Assembly (NCBI GenBank): GCA_001938485.1
Contig: MQRK01175730.1
Coordinates: 44,796-94,102 of the forward strand
Origin: Girardia tigrina
Taxonomy: Eukaryota
Reading direction: 5' to 3'
Length of the DNA: 49,307 nt
Shown here: in pieces, positions 9,911 through 24,251 of the stretch
How positions within the stretch are numbered: position 1 is the stretch's first letter
Layout: every line of letters begins with the position of its first letter
Translations under genes and position numbers: made by a program
The notes under the pieces: generated by a model
The model's database searches: none
The model's input: the letters and a program-made list of their open reading frames with translations, nothing else
Told to the model about the DNA's origin: nothing

Positions 9911-11933
9911 ATTACAAAATAAATTTGTATTAATTCAGTGTCTCATTATTGACAAAAAGGAACAATAATCAAAACAATGGAGGAAATATATACTTATTCG
10001 ATGATAATCCATTTATTATTATTATTTTATTTCTAATGTTATTTTTTATTTATTATTTATTTTACTTCTTGTCGTTCATCCTCTTTTTCTTTCATTGTTC
10101 GATTTCTTCAATTTATTCAGAAAAAGAGAACAAAATATATCTTAATGATACTTCTTTTAGATAACTTTTAATTTTTTAAAAGATTTTTAATAAATATAAT
10201 TATTATAAAATGACTTCGATAAATGTAATTAAAATAATCAAGATTTCAGATAATTCACTATCCTTATAGCATTTCGAAAATATAAAGATATATTTGTAAC
10301 ACACTGGTGGGATATTTGATGCATAGTGTTCCGGACTGAATAATACAAATGCAAATACAAATATAATTAAAAATACATCGATAAATATTGTTGGGTATTC
10401 AATTAAAATCTCGTTTTACTTTTATTTTATAATCAACTACTAATCTGACTCCAAATAAACAAAAGGTTTCTTCCAACAATAATATATGAAGAATGAACAA
10501 GACCTTTTAATAATAATTTATTCTGCTAACCACAATTGAAGTACAAATATAAATTCAACTCTATCAGTACACTNCAATTCAAAGATCAAACTTCGATTAA
10601 ACAGTTACAACAACTTTTTAGTTCGAGCGATGCTAAACTAATTTATTTAAAACTTAACTTCTCCTTTACAGGATACTGATATTTTCGTAATGTTTCAATT
10701 TTAATTTATAACCCTAACTTTTCTCCTTTACAGGATACTTGAATTTTTCCCTATATTATTAAAAATCAAATTTACCGTACATTCAGTCTTCTAAATTGTC
10801 TTTGAGTAATATTTTTGTGTCCGATATGACTGAAATAACTATTGCTTATATACTAATTTTTCCTAACCTTGGAAATTGAAAAACTAAAACAAATCTTAAA
10901 ATATTTTCAAACATTTATAAATTTTATTAAAATACTATCAAAAAATTATGAATTTTAACCAGCGAATTATTTTAAATTTTTTTGGATTAAAAAATTAAAT
11001 TTATATTTTTTCGGAACCCAACAATATGTTATTTTTTGCTTAAAATTGTAAAATAAAGCTTTTTGCTAAACAGAGTTCGTTTAAATAATACTGAAGACAC
11101 CAAACACTTTTCTACTTTAGATCTATGTAGTAGTTATTAGCTTTGGAGAAAAATCAGTAATCAAGGATACCAAAAACCCTGAACCAAAATATCTTTTATT
11201 TTCAGCGGCGACTTTATATTATCATTTATGATAACATTTTAAATTGTTAGAATTCAGAATTTATATTGTTTAAATAACAGTTTTAAAAGAGTCTTTCTTA
11301 TTAAAAAAATTCTGTTGTAAAAACTTTAATCTGATTTTAATCAAGTACATAATAACTTCCCAGCACTGAGACCATAAGAAGGCCAAAATTTCTAAGTTTC
11401 GAATATTTCTCTTTTGGAAGAAGTTTAAGAAAACTTTCGTTCGATGTTTTTTAGCCTATAAAAAGGATCTGATTGTGAGTCGCATAATTCAAATTGTAGA
11501 TCAGTATTCGAACCTGATTCAATAGTTAACTGAAAGGTTGTGAAAAAATTGAGACACCTTCTTCCAATCTCCTGAAATCTCTTCATCGAATCTCGAAATC
11601 TATAAATCCTTGAATATATTCTACGTACGAGAAAAATTATAAATTCTCTCTAAAGTTTTCTCTTCTACATGAAGCTCTTGGCAATTTAGAAAAAAATTAA
11701 ATCACTATTGGGTAATCTTGTTTTAAAAGTTTTAATTTACTAACAAGTCGAGTTAGATGACCATATAAATAAGCAATATTTTGATTTTTAACGTAAATAA
11801 CCACTTGAAAAATTACAATTACAATAGTAATTAAAGTCTTTGATTTTCAAAATTAGTAAACATAAAAGTAAATATCATAAATTCATTTTTAAATTTTTTC
11901 TTTTATTGTTGAATTTTTGAATTTTATACAATA

Positions 11934-11981
<48 letters not shown>

Positions 11982-12081
11982 AATAAATATATCTAGAAAT
12001 CGGCCGAATATGACCCGTATGCCACAGTTCGGACAGTACTATTTTAAATAATTGAAAAAAGAAGTATTAATTCTTGATTAA

Positions 12082-14374
12082 CACTTGGACTGTCGCATCG
12101 GCTACAGCCAACATCAAAAGTATAATTAAATAAAGCTAGTAAATCAAAAAATTAAATTTTTTATATCCATTCTTTATACAGGCAAAACTCTACTTTGCCA
12201 ACAAAGTTTTTAAAATTTAAAAATTTAAGATTTAAAAACTTAAATTAAAACACACATTTAAAATCAATACAAACTACTTATAATCTATAAATATATATCT
12301 TGCAATTAATATTGTTCGGGAACTCCGAATTTTCCGTTTTTTCCCATTTTGGGATCTTAAAAAGTTTTTTACGATCAAATTTTTACATAATCATTTATTT
12401 TCATCGAGTGTGTAAAGTTTGAAGAACATTTGATTGAGTAGAAGGCCTTCAAAAATAGGTTTCTAAATTTCATATATATAGTAACTTTTTGAGATAATGA
12501 ATTTTTTTAATAATGATTTTTTTAATAATGAGTGGCTACTGACTGTTTCAGTAGGAAATGTGGGAAATTTTCGAGATAATGATTTTTTTAATAATGATCG
12601 AACAAAATTCTTAAAATTAGAAATTACTTTAGTAATTTATAAATAATCAATGATCATAAAGTAAATATTTGTATATTACATTGAATTTCTATAATTTATT
12701 TTGTTTTAATATTGCTAAATTTTGAACATTTTTTGAAAATTTTGATTTTTTTAACTTTAAGATGCCAACTGGAATGGTAAACGAAATTTTTAACAACCTG
12801 GAGAAGTATAAATCAGAGTATGAAAAGGAAATTGCAGGCAATAAAAGTATTTTTTCGAATATAAAGACACACGAAATATATCCGTATCTCTACGATACGA
12901 TATCAAGGAAGAGAAAGTTGAACAACACAATAACAAACTTAATGTTGGAGGAGATGGCATTAAAAATTGCCAAAAAATGGAAATGGAAAACTTTAAAGCT
13001 TCCAGCACATGGATATCGAAATTTAAAAGATCATATGGAATAAAAACACAATTTATTTTTGGTGAAGGTTTGGTAAACCCTTTGGTTTTATGTGAATCAT
13101 GAGCAGAATTCGAAAAAGTTTATAATAAATATGCTAATTGTGACAAAACAGGGTTGTTCTTTAGGTGTCCTCCAAAAAAGACACTTAATTTAAGAAGCGA
13201 AGAAAAGGCTAGTGGAAAATTCTCTAAAGAAAGAGTAACACTTCTTTTTTGCTCAAATAAAACGGGTGAAAAAGAGTCCCAGCTATTAATAGAAAAATTT
13301 AAATCTCCCAGAGGATTTAAAAACCTCGACTTTTCTAAGATGTGCTTAAAATCCGAGAATAACAAAACTTCTTGGATGACCTGTGAAATTTTTGGCCGGT
13401 GGTTACATGATCTTAATGAAAAAATGAAAATCGAAAAATTTTACTATTGCTAGACAATGCTCCAGTACACAATAATGATAAGGTTTTCAGTAATATAGAG
13501 CTTTATTATCTTCCCATAAATAGTACTTCCAAGATACATCCCCTAGATCAAGGAATTATCAAAGCATTCAAAGCACATTACACAAAAAAACTTTACGAGA
13601 AATTTAACTATATAAAATGAAACCATTACATATATATGAAAAAGCAATTAAAAGAAATCGTTTAGTTGATGTCCTTCCGCTCATAATAAATGCTTGGAGC
13701 TCAATATGCAAAGAAACCATAGCCAACTGTTTTAGACATGGATTTATTGATTGGAGAGGATATACAAAAGATACAGTTCCTGTAAATGAAGTTAATAATA
13801 CCGCTCCATCAGATATTAACATAGAATTTTCTGAAATATTTGAATACAATGACTTTCCAATATGGGCAGATTCTGATATTGATAACACAGCTTTTCTAGA
13901 ACAGGTTGAATCTCTAAAGAAATTTGTTGAACATGAAGAAACATTAGAACAAGATGAGCCAGAGATCGAATATGCAGATGCTGTGTGTTGTTTAAAATAA
14001 TTGGAAAGGTACTTTCTGGTGCATAATAACTCTGCACTCAAAAACTTGGATGATCTAAGAAATCAATTGCTAAATAGCAAAAACATAGAACTTTAAAAAT
14101 AACGGATTTTTTTTAAAAATGAATAAATGTTGAAATCGTCATTATCTTTTTTTAATGAGCGGGCATTTTTAGGTCACCGTGGCTCACCGCTCATTATCTA
14201 AAAAAGTTACTGTATATATATATATATATATATATATAGAAAGTGAGCTAATAAAAAGAATGGAAAAACAGGAATGATTGAGAAGAACGAGACAAAGACA
14301 GGTTCAAAAGTAATACTATTAATCAATGAAAAAGGTAACAGAAAAATGTAAACTTCATTGTGACCGTTAAAGTG
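12082..14374. mobile_element. Non-autonomous piggyBac-type element (TTAA-flanked) interrupted by a pogo element
   Basis: TTAA-CACTTGGACTGTC ... GACCGTTAAAGTG-TTAA. Its internal sequence matches 16620-17010 in inverted orientation on both sides of the pogo insert. Confidence 0.6.
12479..14212 (+). mobile_element. pogo/Tigger DNA transposon with decayed CENP-B/DDE_1 transposase
   Basis: TIRs AGTAACTTTTTGAGATAATGA / TCATTATCTAAAAAAGTTACTG in a TA context. Motifs NCDKTGLFF, SKERVTLLFCSNKTG, NKTSWMT, LLDNAPVH, HPLDQGIIKAFKAHY. Confidence 0.9.
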
Positions 14375-15236
14375 TTAAAATTTTAATATTTCAAAAAAAA
14401 TTACACTGTGATTTTAATTTTATTGCGACAATAATACCGAAAAAAATGATCTTATTTAGTAATAAATTCTAATTTGTTTGTAGAAACATAAGAAGAGCAA
14501 TAAAAATGTAAATTAGGGTTACTTAAGAGTATAGGACTGTTATAAATGGACAAAAGTCGACTTAGGTTAAACTACTTTCCGAAAAGAAGTTGCGGGACTA
14601 AGAAGTAAAACTAAAAAAAATGAATTTTAAGTTAAATTTTATTCTTTATTCTTCAGTATTTACGTCACAAACCAAACACATTTTCTTAATCTGAAATACT
14701 TAAAGAGGTCACAATGTTGTAGTAAGATCAGTTCACGGCATTGTACAATGTTGATCAATTTTCAATAACAAATGAATACAAAGAAGTCTGAAAGAACTTT
14801 CCCATTGAAAATTTTCTGAAATAGAAAAAAAGGTGCATATATTTTTTGACAAAATTTTAGGTAAAAGTAAAAGTTTACAAAATTAACAGTCATCAAAAAG
14901 ATGATATTACCTAATTTTATGTCATAAAACAATGGTTTGCTAAACGATAGTTTTGTTTGATTTTATAAATCTTAAGTAAATATACACAAAGATGGTGAAA
15001 ACACATTTTTTATATGGGAGCGATCGCCTAACGAAATATATTACTTAAAATTATTTTAAAATTATTTTAAATTATTTTTAAAATTATTATTTTTCCATTG
15101 TCAAAGTTGTATACTTGGTGAATAACGAAATTTACATTTTCTTTATAAAAGAAGTAATGCTGCAAATAAATATGAAAAAAAGTTAAATCTCTGAACCTTG
15201 TAATTCAAAAGTTGTAATAATACAAGATTTAATTAA

Positions 15237-15307
15237 CCCTTTGAATACGTTAAACATTATTAAACATTAAATAACTATGACTATAGTCGATTTTCGCGTT
15301 CAAAGGG
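15237..15307. mobile_element. 71-bp piggyBac-type MITE
   Basis: TTAA-CCCTTTGAA ... TTCAAAGGG-TTAA. Confidence 0.7.
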
Positions 15308-16619
15308 TTAATTAACCAACAGATAAAGAATGAAATTTTTGACTGGCCACCAGGCTCTCAGCAAACCCACATTAGTCGTATCATCATTTTTACTCAGTTG
15401 TGTAAACAATTTTGCTTTAACATCTCTAATTTTGCCAAGTAATGCCAGTAGCTTGAATTTCCACACAAAGATTCAAAAAATATTTATTTTACAAAAACCA
15501 GAAAGTAGTACATATGTCAGATAGTCAGTGGCAACCTAATAAGAAACCGCTAAAGTCATTAGTGAACCGTTGTTAACCTTTATTGACCGAAAAATGACCA
15601 ATAAATAACTGATTGTCTGAGGCAGTAGTGTACCACTCTGAATTATCCATGACTTGAAATTGATAACATTCCATTGTAAAATTCGATGTTTTGTTTATAA
15701 ATGTTACCGTATACTATTTTAAGCCATCTATAAGCTTTGAAATAATAAATAAAATAAATCGGTCAGAATATGCTGACTGCACTACCAGTTTTAATCAGTT
15801 TCTCTCTTGGATGTATTATGAGATTCGAGCTAACTCTGATAGACACATAATATATAAGTTTTACAAATTTGATCTGACACTGCTTACATCGATTCAAGTT
15901 CAAAATATCTTTTCTGAAACTCCATTTCTGGTATCTACAATTCATTGAATAAGAAAATTAAACTATTTACCTTCTAAAAATGTTGCCTCCCACATTCATT
16001 TTTTGGTTAGGGTTGTTTACAATTATAAGTTTAAAAAGTTTAAACCCCTACCAAATTATGATGGTAAACAATAATCTGACTATAAATAAATAAGGAATAA
16101 ACATTCGTTTATCGAATTTTGCTTAGCTTTTCTAAGGGGGTAATATAAAATTTTTGAAAGAGGGAAGATTAAGGACAAAAAGTTAAAAATAAATTTTTCA
16201 GTGAGAATTAAATTGAAGCGTCATTAATTAACTATAAAAATATATTTGGTCGTTTGTAATCTTGAAATATTCACAGAAAAAACTCTCATTTTCTTCCTAT
16301 GTAAAAGAATAAGTTCTCCATGCCTCCTTTGAATGCATCACTAGGTCCATATAAATTATTAGTTTTATTTTCCAAATTTCTAAGCCTTTAACTAAAAAAA
16401 CCCACAAGAAGAAATTTACACTTACTTATAAATTCTTATATAATAAAATTTACTTGAGAGAATACGAGTTACTTAAATCAGCGATGTCCATACTGCTGCA
16501 CGTGCGCTGCAAGAGGCCACCTTTTATGTAATTGAATAATTAATATAATTACTATTTTTGTTTTTTTTCGTTACTTTTATATTTTTAATATCTTGATTGA
16601 TTTATTAGTTTCTTGTGGT

Positions 16620-17010
16620 TTCATTTTTTCCATTCTTTACATTAGCTTACTTTCTATGTATCCATGGAATTTAGAAACCTATTTCTGAAGGCCTTTTACT
16701 CAATCAATTTTCTCCAATCTATTCACACTTACTTATTCTCGATGAAAATAAAGAATAATATAAAAATTTGATCAAAAAACTGTTTTAAGGTCTCAGAATT
16801 GGGAAAATAACGGAGTTCCTGAACAATATTAAATGAAAAAGATCTACTTATAAATTACAAATAGTTTATATTACGTAAAAAAATGTAAAGATAAAAAAAG
16901 TAATAATAAATGTTATAGTAATTTTCCTTTCTACTAAAGATAAAAATATTCTCTTGACAAAATAGAGTTCTGCCAGCATAAAGCATGGATATAAATTTTT
17001 TTTTGATTTT
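16620..17010 (-). repeat. Diverged inverted copy of the element at 12082-14374 (without the pogo insert)
   Basis: For example, the reverse complement TATCCATGCTTTATGCTGGCAGAACTCTATTTTGTCAA matches TATCCATTCTTTATACAGGCAAAACTCTACTTTGCCAA near 12165. Confidence 0.65.
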
Positions 17011-17559
17011 CTAGTTCCATTTTCAAATTCAAAAATGTTATTTTATTCATGTAAATATTTCGAGTGAAACATTTCTAATCGTTAAGGATGATTCATGAGA
17101 AATAGTAAACCATTTATCGTTTGAAAAGACTATTCAAAATTTTGACCATAAAAATAAATAGAAACACAAAATTATTGGTAATCAGCCGGACATTTCTCCG
17201 AAATGGTACAGCCTTATTTAGATCATGGATTCCAAATGCGGTCGATGAGTTAATCAAGGAGGTCAAAGATGAGTAGATAGAAAAATAATTTAATTAACAT
17301 TGATAATAACAAGTAAAGTATTTCTAAATGTTATGGTAAAAACAAATGATAATTATAAAATAAATATTAAATCTGATTTGTTTGTTTTGTATTTACATGT
17401 TTTTCTGTAATATAAATATAATTGTTTGAGTAACTATTTATACAGTTGAATAACAGATATGTGTATAATTATCTTAAAATTCTATTATTTACAAATTTAT
17501 AAGTAGAAGATGTGATAAAACTTTTTGGATGTTTAAATGTGTTTCAAAAATTCATGATC

Positions 17560-17830
17560 TAAATTTAAAGCAACTTTCCTTTCGATTTTTTTGTAACTTC
17601 CGTTTTTTAAAAAAACATCCCCTTTTCCCGTCCTGAGAATTCATTTCACAGAGAATTCAATTTTTCTGTGACATCGCCTTGAGTTTCAAAACAGTTATCA
17701 TGAATGACTTCCAAATACTAATTCTTCTTTTTCATTACACACTTATATAAGCTTCATCTGTCTGTTTGTCTGGTACAAATCGTGTAATTGATTTTTCAAC
17801 GACTTCCCAATGCTCTATTAAGCTAAAACT
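17560..17830 (-). mobile_element. Possible copia-type gag remnant
   Basis: Degenerate translation SLIEHWEVVEK..YLEVIHDN..KLNSL*NEFSG loosely resembles copia gag. Weak. Confidence 0.25.
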
Positions 17831-18037
17831 TTGCATACTTGCTCATTTCCGATGACAATACATTAGTGCACATATAAATATGTTTTTTTCTATAAATAAT
17901 TTGGGGAGAAATAGCAATCGGAATTAAATACGATTGTTTTACTCGATTAATTAATTGCGGGAACCTTGAGCCAGTGGATTTTCGTTCGGAAAAATAAATC
18001 TTTGCCATCAGCTTTGAATTATCAAGCTATCGCGGCC

Positions 18038-18818
18038 ATGAACTGGATTAAATTTACGGATGCAGTCCGAAGATATGAAGGCTGCAGTGATTTCGCGATT
18101 TGGTGTCGCAAGTTCGAAGCCGTAGTGGCGGACTGTGAAATTGACAAAACAGCAGCGCTACCGATGCTCATGGACGGGCGTGTGTTTGACCTTTTTTCGG
18201 GGTTGACGAGCGAGGACCAGCAGAGCTATGATGCGGTAAAGGTCGCATTGTTAGAAGCATTCGGGCCAGATCCGCAGGAGGCGTTCGAGCAATTTAGATC
18301 GCAATCGATTCAACCGGGTGAATCGATCGATGAATATATGTCGTCCCTGCGGTGGCTCGCGACTGTCATCTGAATGGGCAGAAGCCGCAGGAATATTTTT
18401 TGCGCCAAGCATTTCTTGCTGGACTGCCGACAGAAGTGTCGAAACATCTTTTGTTGGAGGCGGGGAAGGAAAAAAAGCCCGTACGAGACCTGATCCCGAT
18501 GGCGCGGTCACTTCTTCGCATCAACACGAGAACAGAGATGCGGTCGAACCACCAAGCGGCGGAGTGGTGGCATTAGCGTCGAACGTCAAGTATGGCGTTA
18601 ATCAGAGACAGTGTTTTAGATGCAACCGGCACGGTCATCTGCAAAGGGACTGCAAGGCGTCGCTAGAAGTGAAGAAAGGTCCATCACCAGTTTCAAAATT
18701 CAGAGCGTGCTTCATCTGTGGCGCACCGGATCACTTTTGCGCGGTCTGTCCACAACGGAATCGAAAGACGGGAAAAGATCAACAGGCCATCCCTTCTGCG
18801 CAGGGAGGGTACCTGTGA
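18038..18818 (+). pseudogene. Gypsy gag (capsid-like region + 2 zinc knuckles), frameshifted
   Basis: DFAIWCRKFE..YDAVKVALLEAF..IQPGESIDEY, QAFLAGLP, CFRCNRHGHLQRDC and CFICGAPDHFCAVC. Confidence 0.85.
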
Positions 18819-19628
18819 ATGTCGATGCGCAGTTACTCGTAGTCGTCGTCCGAGTCGGAAGAAAGATGGCGAGAGGACTCATCGACACGGGGTGTTCCGT
18901 TACCATGATGGAATAGAGGCTGGTGCGACCGGATCAGATTCAAAGTGTATCCAAAAAACTGCAAACGGTACTCAGTCAAGCAGTAGTGACACACGGGGCA
19001 TGGATGGAGATTGAAGTGTCGGGGAAGCTTTTAAAGTGCTGGGTTTTGTTGGCTAAATGTTTGCAGTCAATTGGAGTGGATATGATCCTAGGAATGGATA
19101 CAATCGCCTCAATGGGAGGGGTGAATGTGAGCGCCACAGGAGGAGGAATCAGATTCGGCGCTGGCACAGTGAATGGACCCCAACAAGCGCAGCGTGAGTT
19201 GGGAGGCAGTCATAGAGCACCGCCCGCGGCTGCTGCAGCACCAGGGAGCGACTCGTTAGATCAACCGAGGATCCAGACAAGTGTTACCGAGGATCCAGCG
19301 GTCGAGTGTTGGGTCTCTCGGTTAAGGTGGACGAAGGCGGGAAATTACGGTAGCACCGTAATGGAGAAGTTCCACCACTGCCAGAGCAAGTCACTCGCCG
19401 TAATTTATTTGCGTGGACCGGTCGGTTGGTGGGACATTACCTGGTCTGTGGTTGGTTACGGCCGGGGTGCAGCATCATCAAAAGGATGGCCAGCGATTGT
19501 GGATGGGACACGGTTGTGGAACCTCAAATTGCAGAAATAGCCCGGCAGTTGGCGTACCGGGTCCAAACGGAAGATCTGGCCAAGGGCGAATGGAAGGAAC
19601 CGCAAATCGAGAGAGGGCGAATTAATTA

Positions 19629-20896
19629 TTAGGTGTACAACTTAGTTTTTTGGATTTTTTTGCAGAACAGACAAATTTATTTATATGACATAATAACTTT
19701 TATTCTAATCAAAATATTTTCCATCGTTAATTATGACTTTAAATCATCTTTCAGGCAAATTATGAATTCCATCGAAAAAAAAGTTTTGGTCTTTTGATGC
19801 GATCCATTGTTCCAGCCATTTTTTTATATGGTCCTGGTTTCTGAAGTGCTGGTCCCGAAGAGCGCTTTGCATTGATCGGAACAGATGATAATCTGATGGG
19901 GCACAATCTAGTGAATAGGCAGTATGCGGTAGAATTTCCCATTTAAGTGCTTCCAACGTGTTTTTTACTTGTTTTGCGACATGTGGCAGAGCATTGTCAT
20001 GTAGCAAAATCACTGTGCGCTGTTTGTTGGCTGGAATAGGACGTTTTTCCTTCAATGCATCGTTCAATTTCATTAACTGTTGTTGGTAACGTTCTGCATT
20101 AACAGTTTCATTCGAATTCAGCAGCTCATAGTACAGTACACCTTTCTGATCCCACCAAATGCACAACATAACCTTACTTCCGTTAATGCTTCTTTTTGCT
20201 GTTGACGTGGACGGTTCGCCGGGATGAACCCGGCGAGTTAACATAATAAATCAATTTTTCATCTCCAGTCACAATTTTATGCAAAACGACCATCTTCGTT
20301 GTCTTGTAAGCAATGATTTGAATATCATATCGACTTTCAATGTTGGCTTGATTCAATTCATGTGGTATCCATTTTACTTATTTTTGAATAATTTTCATAG
20401 CATGTAGACGTTTACTTATGGCTGCTTGAGTAACATTTAACTGTTTTGCAAGCTCTTTCTCTGTTTGAGTAGAATCTTCCTTCAGTAATGATTGCAAATC
20501 TTCATCTTCGAATCTTTTTGGATGCCCGGAACGCTCTTTGTCACTTACGTCGAAATCTCCACTTTTGAAACGTTTATACCAGTTCTCGCAAGTCTGTTGA
20601 GTTGGTGCATGTTGACCATAAGTTTCTTCAAGAAGCCGAAAATTGTCTGCAGCTTTTTTTATGATTAAAGCAAAACAGTAGTGCTTCCCGCAAATGCTGT
20701 TTTGTTAGTATGAAAGTTGTCATGCTAAAACGTGATTAAAAATATGTTTATGACGCATTTAAGGTCAATGAACTACTTAATTTTAATGCCTCGATTTCAG
20801 CACTTTAAAAATCTGTACGTAGGACTGTAAAATAATGCTTATTACAAAGGTTACACCATCTCTTAGAAAATCCAAAAAACTAAGTTATACACCTAA
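19629..20896 (-). mobile_element. Full-length (1268 bp) mariner, mauritiana-like, transposase inactivated
   Basis: TIRs TTAGGTGTACAACTTAGTTTTTTGGATTTT with TA TSD. ATG at 20723. Motifs WIPHEL, KVMLCIWWD, LHDNALPH, YSLDCAPSDYHLF. Internal stops. Confidence 0.95.
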
Positions 20897-23800
20897 TAAT
20901 TACGGGAACTTTGAGCCGGTGGATTTTCGTTCGGAAAAATAAATCTTTGCCATCAGCTTTGATTTATCATAATTTTTATGTTACTTTTTTTATATTACTT
21001 TCAAAAAAACAAAAACTGCCACATCATTAAGGGAGTTTTCGAGAGATTAAATAGGATTGCTGATGTAGAAATAACGGAAGTATCACTTTTATTTCATGTT
21101 TCCCAAGTAGACTCTATTTATTCTTGTAGACTCTATTTAAAGAATACAAAAAAATTTCTTCAGATGATTTATTTTTACATCAATTTTTATTTTTGTGTTT
21201 GAGGCGAAGAATTAATTTTCGAAAATTTGATTATTTTTCTTTAAAAATGAGAAGTAAAATTAATATTTAAGTTTCAACCAGAATAAAATTTTAGAATTTG
21301 AAAGACGTTTAAATTTAAATCAAAATATTTTTAATTAATAAATTTACAAATATTAAATAAAATAAAAAAATACAAAATAATGTCACGAATATAGTAGAAA
21401 AAATTCAAAATTAATTACAATAAATTTTATTTTTTCTTTATTTATGAATGGCAATAATAATAAAAATATCAAAATAATCCGTCTGGAGAAAATTCTTTTT
21501 TTACTGTTTTTATGTATATTTTTCAGTAATTTTTGAAAGCATTTTCTTGTGTTTTTTCTTAACTTTGTCCAGTAATAATAACTTATTTTTAATAACTTTT
21601 TTTGCTCTTAATCATACCACAATTGATAATTGTTTTCTACACTTAATAAACTCAAACCGTCTAAACAACTTGACTCTACAAGTTAAGACTTATCAAATAA
21701 GTTTATACTTGTATCATCCTCCTTAAAGAAAAATCAAATCAGTTGTAAAATTAATACCACTGTTTTTTATTACCAAATTAGTCTTAAATTAGTACTTAAT
21801 GATAACATTTTTATACTCTCCAATATTTCTTTCGAAATTATTCGAAAATGTTGAAAGAATTGTAGAAAGGAAGACATTTTTGAAGACATCTTTAGAAAGT
21901 TTACGTAATCGAACGAACTCTTAATGTGAGTTATGTAATGATAACATCAAGAGATAAGTTATTAATTAATCTTGACAAATAATGCAACAATAATAATAAT
22001 TAAATATAATGAATTTAACTAAATGGCAATATATGTAACGCTAGATGTTGCGTAACTGAACCTTGATCTTAACCGGATCCGATTGGTTTTGTTAATGTTA
22101 ATAAGCTTATCATTTATTTGATCATGATCTAACGTGGTTTTTTTAAATATGAAATTATGATTTAAAAATAATTCCCAATTGATAAAAAATTATCAATTTA
22201 AAATGAGAATAAAGATCGATGTTAAGAAAAAATCGTTTTAAAACAGATAACTTAGGAAGGTTGTAATACCTCTACCCTTAGAAAGGGTTTACCTCGAAAT
22301 AATAATGTAAAATTAATCAAGTATAAGTAGCAATTTTTTAACATCTTAAAGGATAATCTAAATTGGTAATAGATTAAAGGATAAAGAACCAAAACGACTT
22401 AAAGGAAATACATAGAAAAAAATTGTCCTACAAAATTAATTTGAATCCTTTTCTCTTATATTCTTCTCTTTTCTAATATTCAATCAAAAGATTTATAATA
22501 ATTTAAAATCTTTTGATTATCTTATTACATAATACCAAATATCTTCAAGTACCTCCGGGTCCCTATATTATTAAATATAAAAACCTTGGTGATTATCTAT
22601 TATGCTAAAATAAATATATTTCATATTTGAAATTCCAAAAAATTAAAATGTAAAGGAAACAGAAAATAAAGCTTTTGGCTCTCAAAATTATTCCGAAAAA
22701 ATCGTAAATTCTAATTTCATGTTTTACTTTTTAAATCATAAACATTTTTAATCTGTCTTGAAAAGTAATTAAACAAGTTAATATTGTTTATGGAAAGTTT
22801 TTTGGCCAAGACACTTTTTGAAAATTTTGCAGATTTATTTAATTTACGTTATACAATAAATATTTTGATAAAAAATAATATTTACAGACAAAAAATGAGT
22901 TTAAATAAATGCATTTCACAAAAATTACAAAATTCTAAAAACAAAAATTCGGTTAAGAGTTATGGGATACTGTCCTATTATTGGTATCACCAAAAATTGT
23001 TATTAACAAAGGTTCACGGGCTGAAATCCTAAGGCTGGTATACGAAAGTAAGAAGATGTATATACATTAAATAACTACCCTGTAATATAGCATGGTACCT
23101 TAACCTGTGTGATACTCCTCCCTCGGGGAAATGAGCAGATGCCAGGTTAGTTGTAAAATGCATTTTAAATTTAATTAATTATAAATCCGCTTTGAAAAGT
23201 TGTCCTTTCATTTTCTGATAATTATTTATTGAATTAATTTTATTCTGTTACTTGAAATTTATTTTTATTTATTTTAACTTTTAAAGAATTAAAATGTATA
23301 AAAAATAAGTCTCCATAAATTAAAGATTTATATTATAATAGTTAACTTTATATTATATTATTTTTAATTTTTTTCATTTATATCAATATGAGTGGAAATA
23401 TTGGTATTCCTCCAACCGGGTGCAATTTGGAAAAGGTTAAGAATTCGTGCACTAAAGAAAAGTTACGCAAAATGATTTAATAAGAATTTTCTCTACACGT
23501 TAAATAACAAATCAGCCGACCAAGAGCCTCAATTCGGTCCCGTTCGAGGCCACTAATATGCAAATTAAAACTTTTAAAATATTTAATTATTTTCGTATGA
23601 ATAACTGATTTTAAGGTACAGATTTCTTAAATAATTTTTATTTTCTTGTTTAACTTCAGTTATTTCTGAGTGTGATTATTTTTTACGTTCAGTAGAAAAA
23701 AGATAATGTAAACGAAAGTAAAAGATAGTTAAAAAATTTATACTTTTATATAAAAATACGTTGTTGTTTCTACAAAAACTGTGATTTTAGTGGTACGAAT

Positions 23801-24251
23801 TCATTTTCAAAATCGATACATTGATTTTCATAGTTTAGGACTGGAACCTTGACTAAATCCAGATTTCTAGAACGCTGGTTATCTCTCTTAATATTAAAAT
23901 CAAAATTCAAGATTTCGATTAATTTAATTTAAATTTAAAAATCAATAATAATAATATACCTTATTTCGATTTTCGAACTTCATAAAAGTTTAATAATAAA
24001 ACTATTTCTACTCGATTAAATTCATTCAACAATTCCTAGATTTAGATTTATTTTCCAAAAAAATATTATGTTAATTATTAAAAATAAATTTAAGAACAAA
24101 CACAAAAAATAGCTTAAATTAATAAAATTATATTTTTGTTTTACCGTATCAATTTCACATAATAATTAAATTCCCAATTCAAAAGACCCATCACCAAGAT
24201 CGACAAAAATCGAACAATTTAAGAAATATAATTTTACTGGTAATTTACGCG

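Larger units (their letters stand above)
17946..20969 (+). mobile_element. Non-autonomous Ty3/Gypsy LTR element (gag + protease only); 3' LTR interrupted by mariner
   Basis: Direct terminal repeats 17946-18024 and (19621-19628)+(20899-20969), ending TTATCA. gag has two CCHC knuckles; aspartic protease GLIDTGCS. No RT, RNase H or integrase motifs. Confidence 0.85.

Noticed and set aside
10440-11700. Solo-LTR-like stretches (TATA boxes, duplicated CTCCTTTACAGGATACT)
   Set aside because: No TG..CA termini with a TSD could be defined, and there is no partner LTR.
14640-15975. Possible decayed minus-strand gene with splice-like sites and cysteine patterns
   Set aside because: Too many stops in every frame to assign a family.
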